The notes under the pieces were generated by a model that saw only the letters and a program-made list of their open reading frames with translations, did no database searches and had not been told where the DNA came from. 64,000 bases of DNA, from positions 96,001-160,000 of the forward strand of contig CANMWZ010000003.1 of the NCBI GenBank assembly GCA_947501605.1, given 5' to 3'. The DNA comes from Planctomycetota bacterium. GTDB taxonomy: Bacteria; Planctomycetota; UBA1135; UBA2386. The position numbers and the translations under genes are program-made. Shown here piece after piece: positions 28,030 to 37,842 of the stretch (position 1 is the stretch's first letter; each line of letters begins with the position of its first letter).

Positions 28030-28985
28030 CGCGACTCCTCCAGAACTTCGCCGGCGGCATTGAGGCGACGACTGCCTCGATGTGGGTGCCACTCTGCACC
28101 GTTCCAATCGATGCGATCGCCATCGTCGAGCAGAATGCACGCGTCCGGTTGCAGACGACGCGCGAGCAGGCGAAGCGACAGCCGATTGCGCAGATCGAGC
28201 CGCTTCTTGCTGTGCGGCAACGGCACGATGCCTGGCAGAATGCCGAGGCCGTTCTCCATCACCTCGGTGTCAACCACACCCTGGGCGCTGCTGTGCGCCT
28301 GATGGAATAGCACCACGCGTCGCGACAGCACCATCGCGCCGGCAGACCAGGCAACCACCGGGCGATCCCCCCAAAGCGTGAGCAGATCGAACAACTGCAA
28401 ACGGTGCAGCAACACGCCCACATGGCCTCCTGCGATGCAGAGCACCGCCGCCGATGCCAGTTGGTGCTCGAGTTCGCGACGGTGGGCGACAACGGAATCG
28501 CGCTCGCCCGGGTGGAAGCGCTGCTCGAAATCGACATGAACCGCCGCAATCCGATCGACGTGTTCGCGGTCGAGCGCCTGCAACATCGCGATCGCTCCCT
28601 CGGTCTCGGGCTCGACGAGGGACGGGTCCCCGCCATGCTGCAGGAGTGCTGTGGCCGCAGTGACCAGACCCTCGAGCCGCAAGCGGTAAAGCTCTTGCAG
28701 GCGACGCAGGGTGTCGTGGCGAAGGCGCATCGCATCGAGCAACTCCGGATCGGCGGCAAAGATGCGCTCGACGCGCCCCCAGATCTCGAGGTTCAACACC
28801 GACCGCTGCATGTGGTCGCGAAACTCGCCGTCCTCGGATTCGCGCTCTTCCCACCCGGCGGAAACGAAGGCGATTGGCGCGCGTCGTGACGAGGTCAAGC
28901 TCTCGACGGCAGTCCGCACGATCGGAACGTGCCGCTGCGGCCCGAGGACCACGGCGCGGCGGATGGCGGACTTCGGCTGCCTCAT
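28026..28985 (-). CDS. Peptidase S51 (cyanophycinase/PepE-like) class I glutamine-amidotransferase-fold protein
   Basis: IAGGH, AWSAGAM nucleophile motif, GLGIL..LPH. Confidence 0.7.
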   Translation of the reverse strand: MRQPKSAIRRAVVLGPQRHVPIVRTAVESLTSSRRAPIAFVSAGWEERESEDGEFRDHMQRSVLNLEIWGRVERIFAADPELLDAMRLRHDTLRRLQELYRLRLEGLVTAATALLQHGGDPSLVEPETEGAIAMLQALDREHVDRIAAVHVDFEQRFHPGERDSVVAHRRELEHQLASAAVLCIAGGHVGVLLHRLQLFDLLTLWGDRPVVAWSAGAMVLSRRVVLFHQAHSSAQGVVDTEVMENGLGILPGIVPLPHSKKRLDLRNRLSLRLLARRLQPDACILLDDGDRIDWNGAEWHPHRGSRRLNAAGEVLEESR

Positions 28986-29054
28986 CAGCAGCGCATCATG
29001 CAGCGCCAGCCCGTCGCGAGGAAGATGGCATCCCGCCACCTTGGCCCAGCAAGG

Positions 29055-29474
29055 TCAACCGCGCTGGGCGATGCGATCCAGCGTGTTTCGGTGGCGCTCG
29101 GCGAAGACCGATTGAAAGTCGAACCCCTCGACGAAATCGAGCCGCGAATCGCACGGACGGCGGCTCAACAGCTCGGCATCGATCAGGTTGAAGACGATCT
29201 CGCCGAAGTCCTCACTGCCGCGGATACCCCACTGTTCGAACACGATCGGGGCCATTGGCCCGAACTGGTCCGAGGCGAAGTCCTGAATGAAGTACAGCAG
29301 CTCACGTCCACCGACATGGCGGTCTTCGCCAGTCAGTTGATCCTTGCCCAGATGCGACATCGTGTAATCGAGTGCATCGAGGACGAAGTAATAGGCATTG
29401 CGCGAGAACCGATGGTCTCGCAGACGCATGTCCTCGATGCGATCCTCGAGGACGTCTTGCTCCGAAACTCCCAT
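29055..29474 (-). CDS. Minf_1886-like (Verrucomicrobia/Planctomycetes-restricted) protein
   Basis: AYYFVLDAL, RHVGGRELL, FGPMA..VFEQWGI..SEDFGEIVFNLI, DSRLDF. Confidence 0.8.
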   Translation of the reverse strand: MGVSEQDVLEDRIEDMRLRDHRFSRNAYYFVLDALDYTMSHLGKDQLTGEDRHVGGRELLYFIQDFASDQFGPMAPIVFEQWGIRGSEDFGEIVFNLIDAELLSRRPCDSRLDFVEGFDFQSVFAERHRNTLDRIAQRG

Positions 29475-29588
29475 GGCAACGGCTCCTAAGGGCACGGATG
29501 TCAGGCCACTTGGCTCTGCATCTATCGACCGAACAGGAACCGCCCTTGAGTCGCAGTGGACCGACCAAGTCCACCATGACTCCCCCCG

Positions 29589-30692
29589 TCACAAGCCTTG
29601 GGCCGCGTTGCTGACGCGCCGACTCCACTGCAGCAGGAGTCCGGTCAACGCTTGCTCGGGCGGGATCTGCACATCGAGATCCTGCTCCGCGCACAGTGCC
29701 AACGTCAGCAAATCGGTCCATGGTTGCGACTGTGCCGCAGGGTAGGAACCGTCGGCGTCACTCGCAAGAGCACGCAACTGCTGGCTGCCGTAGTCGCGCA
29801 CGGACTTCAAGAAGGCCCGGGCCAGGATCTGGCTAGAACCCGGCCCATCGCCGAGTGCCATGAGCTGCCGGATCGAGTGTGACACCCGCAACGGCTTGCT
29901 GCGATCGCAGACCTCCTGCACCAGATCCTGCACCTGTACCGCCTGTTCGGTGCAGGCCTCCAGCGCGCGGCCGAGACTGCCGCGAGCGCCCAAGATCGCC
30001 TTCGTGAAAAATCGCTCGCGCCCCGGAATTCTGCGAGCCAACTCGCGTGCGAGCACGTCATCGTCGAGACGGCGTAACCCTAGACGTTCACAGCGGGATC
30101 GCACGGTGGGCAGGAGCAACTCCGGCCTGGATGTCGCCAGGAGCAGATAGGTGTCCTGGCCAGGCTCTTCGAGCGTCTTCAACAAGGCGTTCTGGCCCTC
30201 GATGTTGAGCGCAGAAGCCGGATCGAGGAGCACCACTCGCGCGCGCCCCTCGACGGCATGGCGGAGCAACGTGTCGAGCAAGACGCGGACGGCGTCGACC
30301 TTGACCTCGCGCTTGTCGGGCTCGGGCGACAACACATGAAGGTCGGGGTGGGCGCCGCTCTGCACGCGACGGCAGGTGCGACACACACCACACGGCATCT
30401 CGGAGTCCAGATCGGAAGGACACAGCAGCGCAGCAGCAATCCAGCGCGCGACGACACTCTTGCCCGAGCCTTGGGGCCCCGCCACCACCAGCGCATGGTG
30501 CATCCGCAAGCTTCGCGCTTGGCGCGTCACCCGAGCGAGCAGCGCACCTTGCGCTAGCGGCGTCACGAGTCGGGTGTCGACCACCTTCGTCGCCGCCTCG
30601 CCAACGGACTTCTTGGCGCTGGGCTGATTGGACTTGGGCTTCTCCGCGCGCCGGGTCACGACAACCACCGCAGGACACGCTGCTGCAGACAC
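29589..30692 (-). CDS. holB: DNA polymerase III subunit delta-prime
   Basis: HALVVAGPQGSGK, Zn motif C..PCGVCRTC, HPDL, NALLKTLEEP, PTVRSRC; follows tmk. Start uncertain. Confidence 0.9.
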   Translation of the reverse strand: MSAAACPAVVVVTRRAEKPKSNQPSAKKSVGEAATKVVDTRLVTPLAQGALLARVTRQARSLRMHHALVVAGPQGSGKSVVARWIAAALLCPSDLDSEMPCGVCRTCRRVQSGAHPDLHVLSPEPDKREVKVDAVRVLLDTLLRHAVEGRARVVLLDPASALNIEGQNALLKTLEEPGQDTYLLLATSRPELLLPTVRSRCERLGLRRLDDDVLARELARRIPGRERFFTKAILGARGSLGRALEACTEQAVQVQDLVQEVCDRSKPLRVSHSIRQLMALGDGPGSSQILARAFLKSVRDYGSQQLRALASDADGSYPAAQSQPWTDLLTLALCAEQDLDVQIPPEQALTGLLLQWSRRVSNAAQGL

Positions 30693-31270
30693 GCCTGCAC
30701 CGCGGCGAAGGGCCAGCGTGCGTCGACCACGACGATGGACGGATCCCGCCTGGCGACTTGCAGGTAGGCGTCGCGCACACGCTGATGGAACGCAGGGCTG
30801 CGAGCTTCGATGCGATCCTGCGCGCGGGCTGCGCGACGACGCAAGGACGTGGCAATGTCGACGTCCAGAACGAACACCGCGTCGGGCAAGTAGGGCCCGT
30901 GCGCACGGCGCGTGAGATCGACCACTAGATCGAAGTCAACGGGTGGCTCGGCAGCCAGGCATTGGTACGCCAGCGTCGACGCGTAGCAGCGCTCGGCGAC
31001 GAGGTCCTCACCGCGCTCCAGGGACGGCCGAATGACGCGCGCGACGAGTTCGGCCCGCGCCGCCGTGAACAGCAGGACTTCGGTCAGTGGGAGCAGGTCG
31101 CCGGTGGCAGGCGACAGCAGCGTCTGCCGCAGACCTTCGCCGACCGGAGTCGAGCCAGGTTCGCGCAAGTGCTGCACCGTCCGACCACGGGCGCGCAAGA
31201 ACTCCACCAGCGCCCGCGCTTGCGTGCTCTTGCCGCCGCCATCGGGTCCGTCGAGCACGAAGTACGCCAT
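30656..31270 (-). CDS. tmk: Thymidylate kinase
   Basis: DGPDGGGKST, REPG, LLFTAAR, ERCYASTLAYQ, PD, DRIE. Confidence 0.93.
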   Translation of the reverse strand: MAYFVLDGPDGGGKSTQARALVEFLRARGRTVQHLREPGSTPVGEGLRQTLLSPATGDLLPLTEVLLFTAARAELVARVIRPSLERGEDLVAERCYASTLAYQCLAAEPPVDFDLVVDLTRRAHGPYLPDAVFVLDVDIATSLRRRAARAQDRIEARSPAFHQRVRDAYLQVARRDPSIVVVDARWPFAAVQACLQQRVLRWLS

Positions 31271-31278
31271 CTCGGTTC

Positions 31279-32517
31279 CTACAACAAACCTTCGACGAGG
31301 GTCCGGATCTCGGGCTTGTCCGCCATGTCGTCGCTGAGCGAACGCGTCATGTAACTGACTGCAGCTCGAGTACGCGCGCTGAGGAAGCGGCCAACCTCGG
31401 CGCGGCTCAGCCCTTCTTGGACACACAAGAACGCGAGGACCTTGCGCGCAAGACTCACCTGCCGGCCTTGCCCCTTGCCGAGCAGGTCCGTCGAAGAGAC
31501 GCCAAGCCGCTCGCAAACGCGATCGCGAAGGCGCGTGAACGTGCGCCCCGGATCGATGAGCTCGAGGTACTTCTTCGGCAGACCACCCTCGCGCGAGCGA
31601 GCCCATGCTGCACGGATCTCAGGGAAGGTGCCGGACGCCCGTTGCGCCAGCCCTTCGATGGCCTCGGCGCGGCCGTTGCGCGACGGAGCTCCTTCGAGCG
31701 CTCGTAGATAACGGAGTCGGCCGGACGGACCTGGCGGGTCGATCTTGGTGACGAAGCCCGCCATCATCATCGTGCACAGCGACGGGTCGAGTTCGCGGAT
31801 CTCCTTGGGGTGCCAGCGCGACGCGAAGATGGTCAGCTTGCCCCCGGCTTCTCGTGCCTGCAGGAGCTGCGCCAAGAAGCTCTGCAGCCGCGGCTTGTTC
31901 GAGCAACGGTGCACTTCGTCGACGATCAACAGTGCAGGTTCCTGCAGTTCCTGTTGCAGCGATGCGACGCGTTGGTCGAGATGCACCGACTGGAAGGCCT
32001 TCAGCAACAGCGGCAGATCGAACCAAACCGACTTCACGGCATCGCGGAAGTTGCGCAAGAGGAAGGTCTTCCCGACCCCGCTCGGGCCATGGAAGACAAA
32101 CAGGGCGGCCTGCAGTTCGCGCGGCGCCGGCGCCGAGTTCGGGGCAAGCCGGTCGCTCGGAACCTGCGATTGCGCCAGGCTGCGGAGCACGAGCCAAGCA
32201 GTCCGGTTGCCGTCATCCACCACCGGTTGCTGCGGGGAGACATCGAGCGCTTGGAGTTCGCGCCCCTCCTCACCTTCCTGCAGTTCGACCTGCACGGCGG
32301 TCCCGATCTCGCGCGACAGGATCTCCTGCAGCATCGGCCGGAACAGTCGCTGCACGCGATCGCGGACCATTCGGCTCTTGGCTTCGAGGTAGACCACGCC
32401 GCGTTCGAGCAGCACCGGCCGCAGTTCACCGAGCCACGCCTGGTAGGCCGCGTCGCCCGCTGACCGGCGCAGGGCCTCCTGCACGTTGGTCCAGCTGAGC
32501 TTGAGCAGATCCAGCAT
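31279..32517 (-). CDS. DnaA-like protein (divergent paralog)
   Basis: Domain I (W..V...L......YQAWL), VVDDGNRTA, GPSGVGKT, LLIVDEV, and a C-terminal domain IV-like helix (ARKVLAFL..LSRAEVGRFL). Upstream of tmk-holB. Confidence 0.8.
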   Translation of the reverse strand: MLDLLKLSWTNVQEALRRSAGDAAYQAWLGELRPVLLERGVVYLEAKSRMVRDRVQRLFRPMLQEILSREIGTAVQVELQEGEEGRELQALDVSPQQPVVDDGNRTAWLVLRSLAQSQVPSDRLAPNSAPAPRELQAALFVFHGPSGVGKTFLLRNFRDAVKSVWFDLPLLLKAFQSVHLDQRVASLQQELQEPALLIVDEVHRCSNKPRLQSFLAQLLQAREAGGKLTIFASRWHPKEIRELDPSLCTMMMAGFVTKIDPPGPSGRLRYLRALEGAPSRNGRAEAIEGLAQRASGTFPEIRAAWARSREGGLPKKYLELIDPGRTFTRLRDRVCERLGVSSTDLLGKGQGRQVSLARKVLAFLCVQEGLSRAEVGRFLSARTRAAVSYMTRSLSDDMADKPEIRTLVEGLL

Positions 32518-32633
32518 CGGGGTCAGGTCCGGGGTCAGGGCAGGTTCGAAGCGAGCTGGGAACGCCGCAAGCTAGATGCCCGGGACGGAAGAGGCAAGCC
32601 TGCAGTCGTCGTCCGCGCAGCACCGTCCAGCGT

Positions 32634-35597
32634 TCAACGGTCCTGCCATTCGAGCAGGAGCGCCCGGGCCTCGTCGGCTGCCTTGGTGGCAGGAAGTTCG
32701 GCCACGACGCGAGTGGCGAGGGCTCGGGCCCGTTCGAACTCACGGCCCTCGGCGCGCAATCTTGCAGCCAGCAGCAGCAGCTCACCGCGCTCTTCGCGCT
32801 CGCCCGGTTCCTCGGTCGCTGGCCGCTCGGCGCCACGGGCAGTGTACTTGCGATCGAGCACCGGCGACACGGCAGCCGCAACCTCGTACTCACGCGCAGC
32901 CTCGGGGGCGCGGCCGAGTTTCACCAGGGCGTCGCCCATCCGCACGTGCTGCTCGCGTCGGAACGGATCGATGCGGTTGCACTCTTCGAGGTACCGCAGT
33001 TCGGCCTCGCGATTCCCCGCTTCGCGTTCGAACTCGGCGAGCAACCATCGCGGTGCGTAGGCACGCGCCGTGCGGCGGCAGTAGCTCTTGAGCTCCAAGA
33101 GACTGCTCTCGCGCCGATCCGTCTCGCGGTAGAGGCGCGCCAGCAGCAACTCGGGTGCATTGTCCTGCTCGGTGCAGTTGGGCCAGCAGGCCTTGGCGGA
33201 CTGAAACTGCCGCTCGGCACCCTCCTCGTCGCCTGTTGCCAGCAGCGCGCGGCCAAAGGCGATACGCGAGTCGAAGTCGTCGGCTCCGGCGGCAAACCCG
33301 CGAGTCCACGCCTCGAGCGCTTCGGGCATCGAGTTGCGCATCGCCAACAGCGAAGCCCGCACCAGCAAGGCACGACCATTGTCGGGTTCACGCTGCAACA
33401 CCAAAGCAAGGTGAGGACCGGCATCGACCGGATTCCTGCGCTGCACGAAGGCCCACGCCAGATCGATGCGTACTTGTAGGTCGCTCGGTTCCTTGGTCGC
33501 GCGCGTCAACAGGCGGTGAACGGCCGCATCGTCGAAGTGCGGCACCAGCTTCATGCCGCGCAGCTTCTCCTTGTCCACGAACTCTAGGAACTGCTGGTCG
33601 AACGTTGCCGACGAGATCCCCAGCGCGCGTTGGAACGCTGCTTCGTTGTCCAGATCGTCACCAAAGGCGCGGAGCAGTTCGATCGCTTTCGCAAAGCCGA
33701 AGTCTCGCGCAATCAGGTCGACGATCAACCCACCCTGGTAGTAGCCGAAGAGAATGCGCTCGCCGCGAAACAAGCGATTGAGTAGACGAACAGGCGGGAT
33801 GTCGCGGTTGTGGAACGCGTCGAACAACTCGCGGTCCATGCCGCGTTCGAAGGTGCGATCCCGCTCCTTCTCCTCGTGCACCGAGAAACCTTCGGTCAGC
33901 CAACGGGGCACACGGTGCTTCGATACTCCCAGGGTCAGCACGTGCGCATACTCGTGCCACACCGTCGCCTCCCACATGAAGTCCTGCTTGCGCAGATCGG
34001 TGTCGCCAGGGGACACCAACGTGAGGAACGGGCCGAAGCACGCGCCGAGCGCGGTGAAGCCACGAAAGCCGATCGTCCGCACCGAGAAGTCATCCCAGGT
34101 ATGGAACACCTCTACCGCGACCTTGCGGTCCGGTTGGTATTGGTACTTGCTACCCAGCGTCGAGAACGCTTCGAGGCACAAGGGCATCAAGTACTCAAGC
34201 ATCACGTTGCGGTCGTCGCGATGCACCGACACGACGAAGCGCTCGTTCTCGACCCGATCGTACTGTTCGTCGAGCAGTTGCTGCACCGCGAGCGCGTTGG
34301 TGCGCCAAGGGTCGACGTAGCCAGCGTCCTTTGCCTTTGCGCGCAGCAGCACCTCCTTGGCGCGGGCGCCCTGGCCGGTGTAGATCAACGCCTTGGCGAG
34401 ACCGTGCAACGACGGCACGTCATCTGGCTCGGCGGACAGCGCGGCTTCGAAAAAGGGAATCGAGTCCGCGAAGCGATAGAGCGCCACGAGGTGTTCGCCG
34501 AGCACGCGGTCGACGTCCGGCTGCTTCTCGTCTCCCACGAGTGCGCGTTCGCGCCACTTCGCGTAGTCCTCCTCGTCGTGCAACAGCCAGGCAACGGCGG
34601 CGCGGTGGGCCAGAGCGTCCTTGTCGCGGCCATCGACTGCGAGCGCCTGGTCGAGCACCTCGCCGGCGTCCTGGTAGCGCCGGTCATCGAGCACCCGAGC
34701 CCCTCGCTGCACGATGGCCGCGACGCTGCGGGGATTCTGGCCGAGCACCCGCTCGAGAAGCCGCTCGGTCTTGCCGCCATCGAGGACGAAGTTGGACGAC
34801 CGCAGTCGGTAGAGCCACAGCAGCGCCTCCTCGACGTCGCCGTGTTTCTCGAGCACGGTGTTGAGGTCGCGCTCGCCACTGGGAAATCCACGAGCCTCAC
34901 CGTAGACCTGAAAACGCAAGATGCCGAGAGTCATGCGCGCGAGCCACAAGTCAGGCTGCAGTTCGAGCGACCTCACGAGATCGGCACTGGCGGCCATGAC
35001 CTCCTCGGGCCCACCAAGCCGCCAGCGACAGCGCGCCTGATGCGTCAACTGCAAGGCGTCCGTGGGCGCCGGCAACTTGCCCGCCTCGCTCCAGATGGCT
35101 CGCGCGTTCTTGCGCTTGCCCATCGCCCACTCGATCTCGCCGAGTTCGTAGCGAGCCTCCAAATCCGCAGGCTCCTTCGTCCGGATCTCCTGCCAGAAGG
35201 CCGCCGCTGCTTCGTACTGGCCAACCGCTCGTAGAGCACGCGCGAGCAATGCACGCAGATCGCGACGCTGTTGCTCCTGTTCGGGCAGGTCGCGAATGGT
35301 GTCGATGACCTGCTGGTAGAGACCGCGGCGAAGCTCGATTGCCAGAACGCCAGCGCGAGCCGAGAGCAGCACCGCAGCAGTCGGGCGATCGCTTTCGTTC
35401 GCCTCTTCGCGCGCGTCGAGAATCTCCTGGAACGAGTTCTCTGCCGAGCGCAGTTCGCCCTTGGTCAGAGTCTTCTGTGCATCCTGCAGCAGGATCGTGA
35501 ACTCGTTCTCTGGATCCTGCGCCCTCAGCAGGGCGACGTTCGCGACGAAGATTGCCGACGCGAACAGCGCCGCCCGGACCTGGAACCGCAATGCCAT
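32634..35597 (-). CDS. Exported TPR-repeat protein with central peptidase MA-like (HExxH) domain
   Basis: Signal peptide, many TPR-like helices, WHEYAH..VPRWLTEG..E zincin motif. Confidence 0.8.
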   Translation of the reverse strand: MALRFQVRAALFASAIFVANVALLRAQDPENEFTILLQDAQKTLTKGELRSAENSFQEILDAREEANESDRPTAAVLLSARAGVLAIELRRGLYQQVIDTIRDLPEQEQQRRDLRALLARALRAVGQYEAAAAFWQEIRTKEPADLEARYELGEIEWAMGKRKNARAIWSEAGKLPAPTDALQLTHQARCRWRLGGPEEVMAASADLVRSLELQPDLWLARMTLGILRFQVYGEARGFPSGERDLNTVLEKHGDVEEALLWLYRLRSSNFVLDGGKTERLLERVLGQNPRSVAAIVQRGARVLDDRRYQDAGEVLDQALAVDGRDKDALAHRAAVAWLLHDEEDYAKWRERALVGDEKQPDVDRVLGEHLVALYRFADSIPFFEAALSAEPDDVPSLHGLAKALIYTGQGARAKEVLLRAKAKDAGYVDPWRTNALAVQQLLDEQYDRVENERFVVSVHRDDRNVMLEYLMPLCLEAFSTLGSKYQYQPDRKVAVEVFHTWDDFSVRTIGFRGFTALGACFGPFLTLVSPGDTDLRKQDFMWEATVWHEYAHVLTLGVSKHRVPRWLTEGFSVHEEKERDRTFERGMDRELFDAFHNRDIPPVRLLNRLFRGERILFGYYQGGLIVDLIARDFGFAKAIELLRAFGDDLDNEAAFQRALGISSATFDQQFLEFVDKEKLRGMKLVPHFDDAAVHRLLTRATKEPSDLQVRIDLAWAFVQRRNPVDAGPHLALVLQREPDNGRALLVRASLLAMRNSMPEALEAWTRGFAAGADDFDSRIAFGRALLATGDEEGAERQFQSAKACWPNCTEQDNAPELLLARLYRETDRRESSLLELKSYCRRTARAYAPRWLLAEFEREAGNREAELRYLEECNRIDPFRREQHVRMGDALVKLGRAPEAAREYEVAAAVSPVLDRKYTARGAERPATEEPGEREERGELLLLAARLRAEGREFERARALATRVVAELPATKAADEARALLLEWQDR

Positions 35598-35657
35598 GCA
35601 ACCACGATAGGACGCCAGACCGCACGGGTCGAGTCGCCAACACGATCGTTCGACTCG

Positions 35658-37013
35658 CTACTGCAGCCCGTACTCGCGAATCTTGCGGTAGAGAGTTCGC
35701 TCGCTGATGCCCATCGACTTCGCCGCCTTCTGCCGGTTGCTCTGGCACAGTTGGAGGGCGACGCGAATGTGGTTCTGCTCGACCTCCTGCTGCGTGTGCC
35801 CGGCGAGGAACTGCCAACTGTCCTGCCCGACCTGAAGCGGCGCCCAGATTTCGGGCGGAAGGTCGTTGCGGGTCAGGATGTTGCCGCGAGCACGGACGAC
35901 CATGGACTCTATGGCGTTCTTGAGTTCGCGAACGTTTCCAGGCCAGTCGTACTGGACCAGCGGCACCAGCGCGTCGCGGTCGATATGCTCGACGCCCTTG
36001 CCGTGCAGCTGCGCGAAGTGCTTCAAGAAGTGGTCGATCAGCAGCTTGATGTCCGCACGCCGCTCGCGCAGTGGTGGCAACTCGATCGTCACCACCTTGA
36101 GGCGGAAGTACAGATCTTGGCGAAACGAGCCGTCCTTGACCTTTTGCAGCAACTCCGCGTTGGTGGATGCGAGCACGCGCACGTCCACCGGGCGCATGCG
36201 GTTGTCGCCCAGGCGCGCAACCGCGCGCTCCTCGAGGACACGTAGCAGCTTGACCTGCGTCTGCAGCGGCATGTCCCCCACCTCGTCAAGCAGCAGCGTG
36301 CCGCCGTTTGCGTACTCGAACTTGCCTTCGCGATCGGCAACGGCACCGGTGAAGGCGCCCTTGATGTGACCGAACAGTTCGCTCTCGATCGTGCCCTCGC
36401 TCATTCCCCCACAGTTGATCGGTACAAACGGCTTCTGATGGCGAGGCGACAGCTTGTGCATCGCATGCGCGATCAACTCCTTGCCGGTGCCGGATTCACC
36501 GAGGATCAGTACGGAGGCTGCCGTAGGCGCGATCTGGCGCACGGTGTCGAGCACGCGGCGCATGCGCGGGTCCTGGCCGACGATGCCCTCGATGCCAAAC
36601 GATCGCTCGAGCTGCCCGCGAAGATCGTCGTAGCGCAGGTCCTTCTGGTGGTCTTCGAGACACTTCTTGACCTTGGTGCGCAGGTCCTTGAGGTCGACTG
36701 GCTTCTCGACGTAGTAGGTGGCGCCCTTCTCCATCGCCTGCACGGCGACGTCGCGGCTACCGTGACCGGTCAACATCACGACGCGGCAGTTGGTGTAGCT
36801 GTCCCGCGCGGCTTGCAGCACGGCAAAGCCGTCGAGGTCCTTCATCACGAGGTCGGTGACGACCACTGCGAAACGACGGTTCTTCAGGATCTCGACGGCC
36901 GCGCGACCGCTATCGGCCGCGGTGATCTCCACCGGCAGGCTCTCCAGCGCAGCGACGAGTGTCTGCCGCAACGCGTCGTCATCATCGACGACCAGGATCG
37001 GATCCGTAGTCAT
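35658..37013 (-). CDS. Sigma-54-dependent response regulator (NtrC family)
   Basis: [50 protein letters not shown]. Confidence 0.93.
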   Translation of the reverse strand: MTTDPILVVDDDDALRQTLVAALESLPVEITAADSGRAAVEILKNRRFAVVVTDLVMKDLDGFAVLQAARDSYTNCRVVMLTGHGSRDVAVQAMEKGATYYVEKPVDLKDLRTKVKKCLEDHQKDLRYDDLRGQLERSFGIEGIVGQDPRMRRVLDTVRQIAPTAASVLILGESGTGKELIAHAMHKLSPRHQKPFVPINCGGMSEGTIESELFGHIKGAFTGAVADREGKFEYANGGTLLLDEVGDMPLQTQVKLLRVLEERAVARLGDNRMRPVDVRVLASTNAELLQKVKDGSFRQDLYFRLKVVTIELPPLRERRADIKLLIDHFLKHFAQLHGKGVEHIDRDALVPLVQYDWPGNVRELKNAIESMVVRARGNILTRNDLPPEIWAPLQVGQDSWQFLAGHTQQEVEQNHIRVALQLCQSNRQKAAKSMGISERTLYRKIREYGLQ

Positions 37014-37029
37014 GCCCAGTTCTCCGTGT

Positions 37030-37788
37030 TCATGCCGGTCCGTTCGCGTCGGTTGGGTTGCGCCACGGCCACCGCATTGTGAACTGCGTGCCTTTGCCAA
37101 CCTCGGACGTGAAGGTCAGCGTGCCGCCATGCTCCTCGACGACACGGCGAACGGTCGGCAAGCCGAGTCCGGTTCCGGTCTTCTTGGTGCTGAAGTAGGG
37201 TTCGAAGATGCGCGATTGCAGCTCAGGGGCGATGCCAGATCCGGTGTCGGTGACGCGGATCAAAACGTCGTCGCCATCGCGCAAGCTCGACACCAGGACT
37301 TGCCCCCCGGCAGGGGTTGACTCCCCGGCATTGCGCAGCAAGTTGACTACCGCAGCCTGAAGGTGATCCCAGTCAGCCGGGATCTTGCCCACGCCACCCG
37401 GATAGAAGCGCAACGAAACGCCGCGCTCCGTCAGTTCAGGCGCATGGAATTCGACGACCGCCTGGATCCGCTGATCGAGGTCGACGGGCGAGAGCTTCGG
37501 CTCCGGCGAACGGGCGAAGCTCAGAAACTCCTCGAGGATCTTCTGCAGCCGCCGGACTTCCGCCTCGACGGTGCCGATCCGCTTCTGCGTGCGCCTGTCG
37601 CGCGTCGTCTCCGCGTCTTTGAAGTCCTCGAGTACCAGCTGCAGGTTCAGCCCGATGGTGCTAAGCGGGTTGCGAACCTCGTGGGCAAAGCCCGCCAGCA
37701 GTGCGCCGAGCTCGGCGAGGCGCTGCGTGCGGATCCTCGCTTGCCGTTCCTCGCGTCCTTGGTTCTGCATGGGGAGCCGAGCGACCAT
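37030..37788 (-). CDS. Histidine kinase core (HisKA + HATPase) without sensor domain
   Basis: AHEVRNPL, NLLRNA, DTGSGI, FSTK, GTGLGL; only about 35 aa precede the H-box. Confidence 0.88.
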   Translation of the reverse strand: MVARLPMQNQGREERQARIRTQRLAELGALLAGFAHEVRNPLSTIGLNLQLVLEDFKDAETTRDRRTQKRIGTVEAEVRRLQKILEEFLSFARSPEPKLSPVDLDQRIQAVVEFHAPELTERGVSLRFYPGGVGKIPADWDHLQAAVVNLLRNAGESTPAGGQVLVSSLRDGDDVLIRVTDTGSGIAPELQSRIFEPYFSTKKTGTGLGLPTVRRVVEEHGGTLTFTSEVGKGTQFTMRWPWRNPTDANGPA

Positions 37789-37842
37789 AGATACTGGGAG
37801 GAGGCGAGTCAAATCGGCAGGCCCTCGCTATCTTGCGCCGAA

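Noticed and set aside
28026..28985. Cyanophycin metabolism (cphA/cphB)
   Set aside because: The neighbouring ATP-grasp protein is about 414 aa and lacks the Mur-ligase domain of CphA.
32518..32633. oriC next to the dnaA-like gene
   Set aside because: GC-rich, with no DnaA boxes or AT-rich unwinding element seen.
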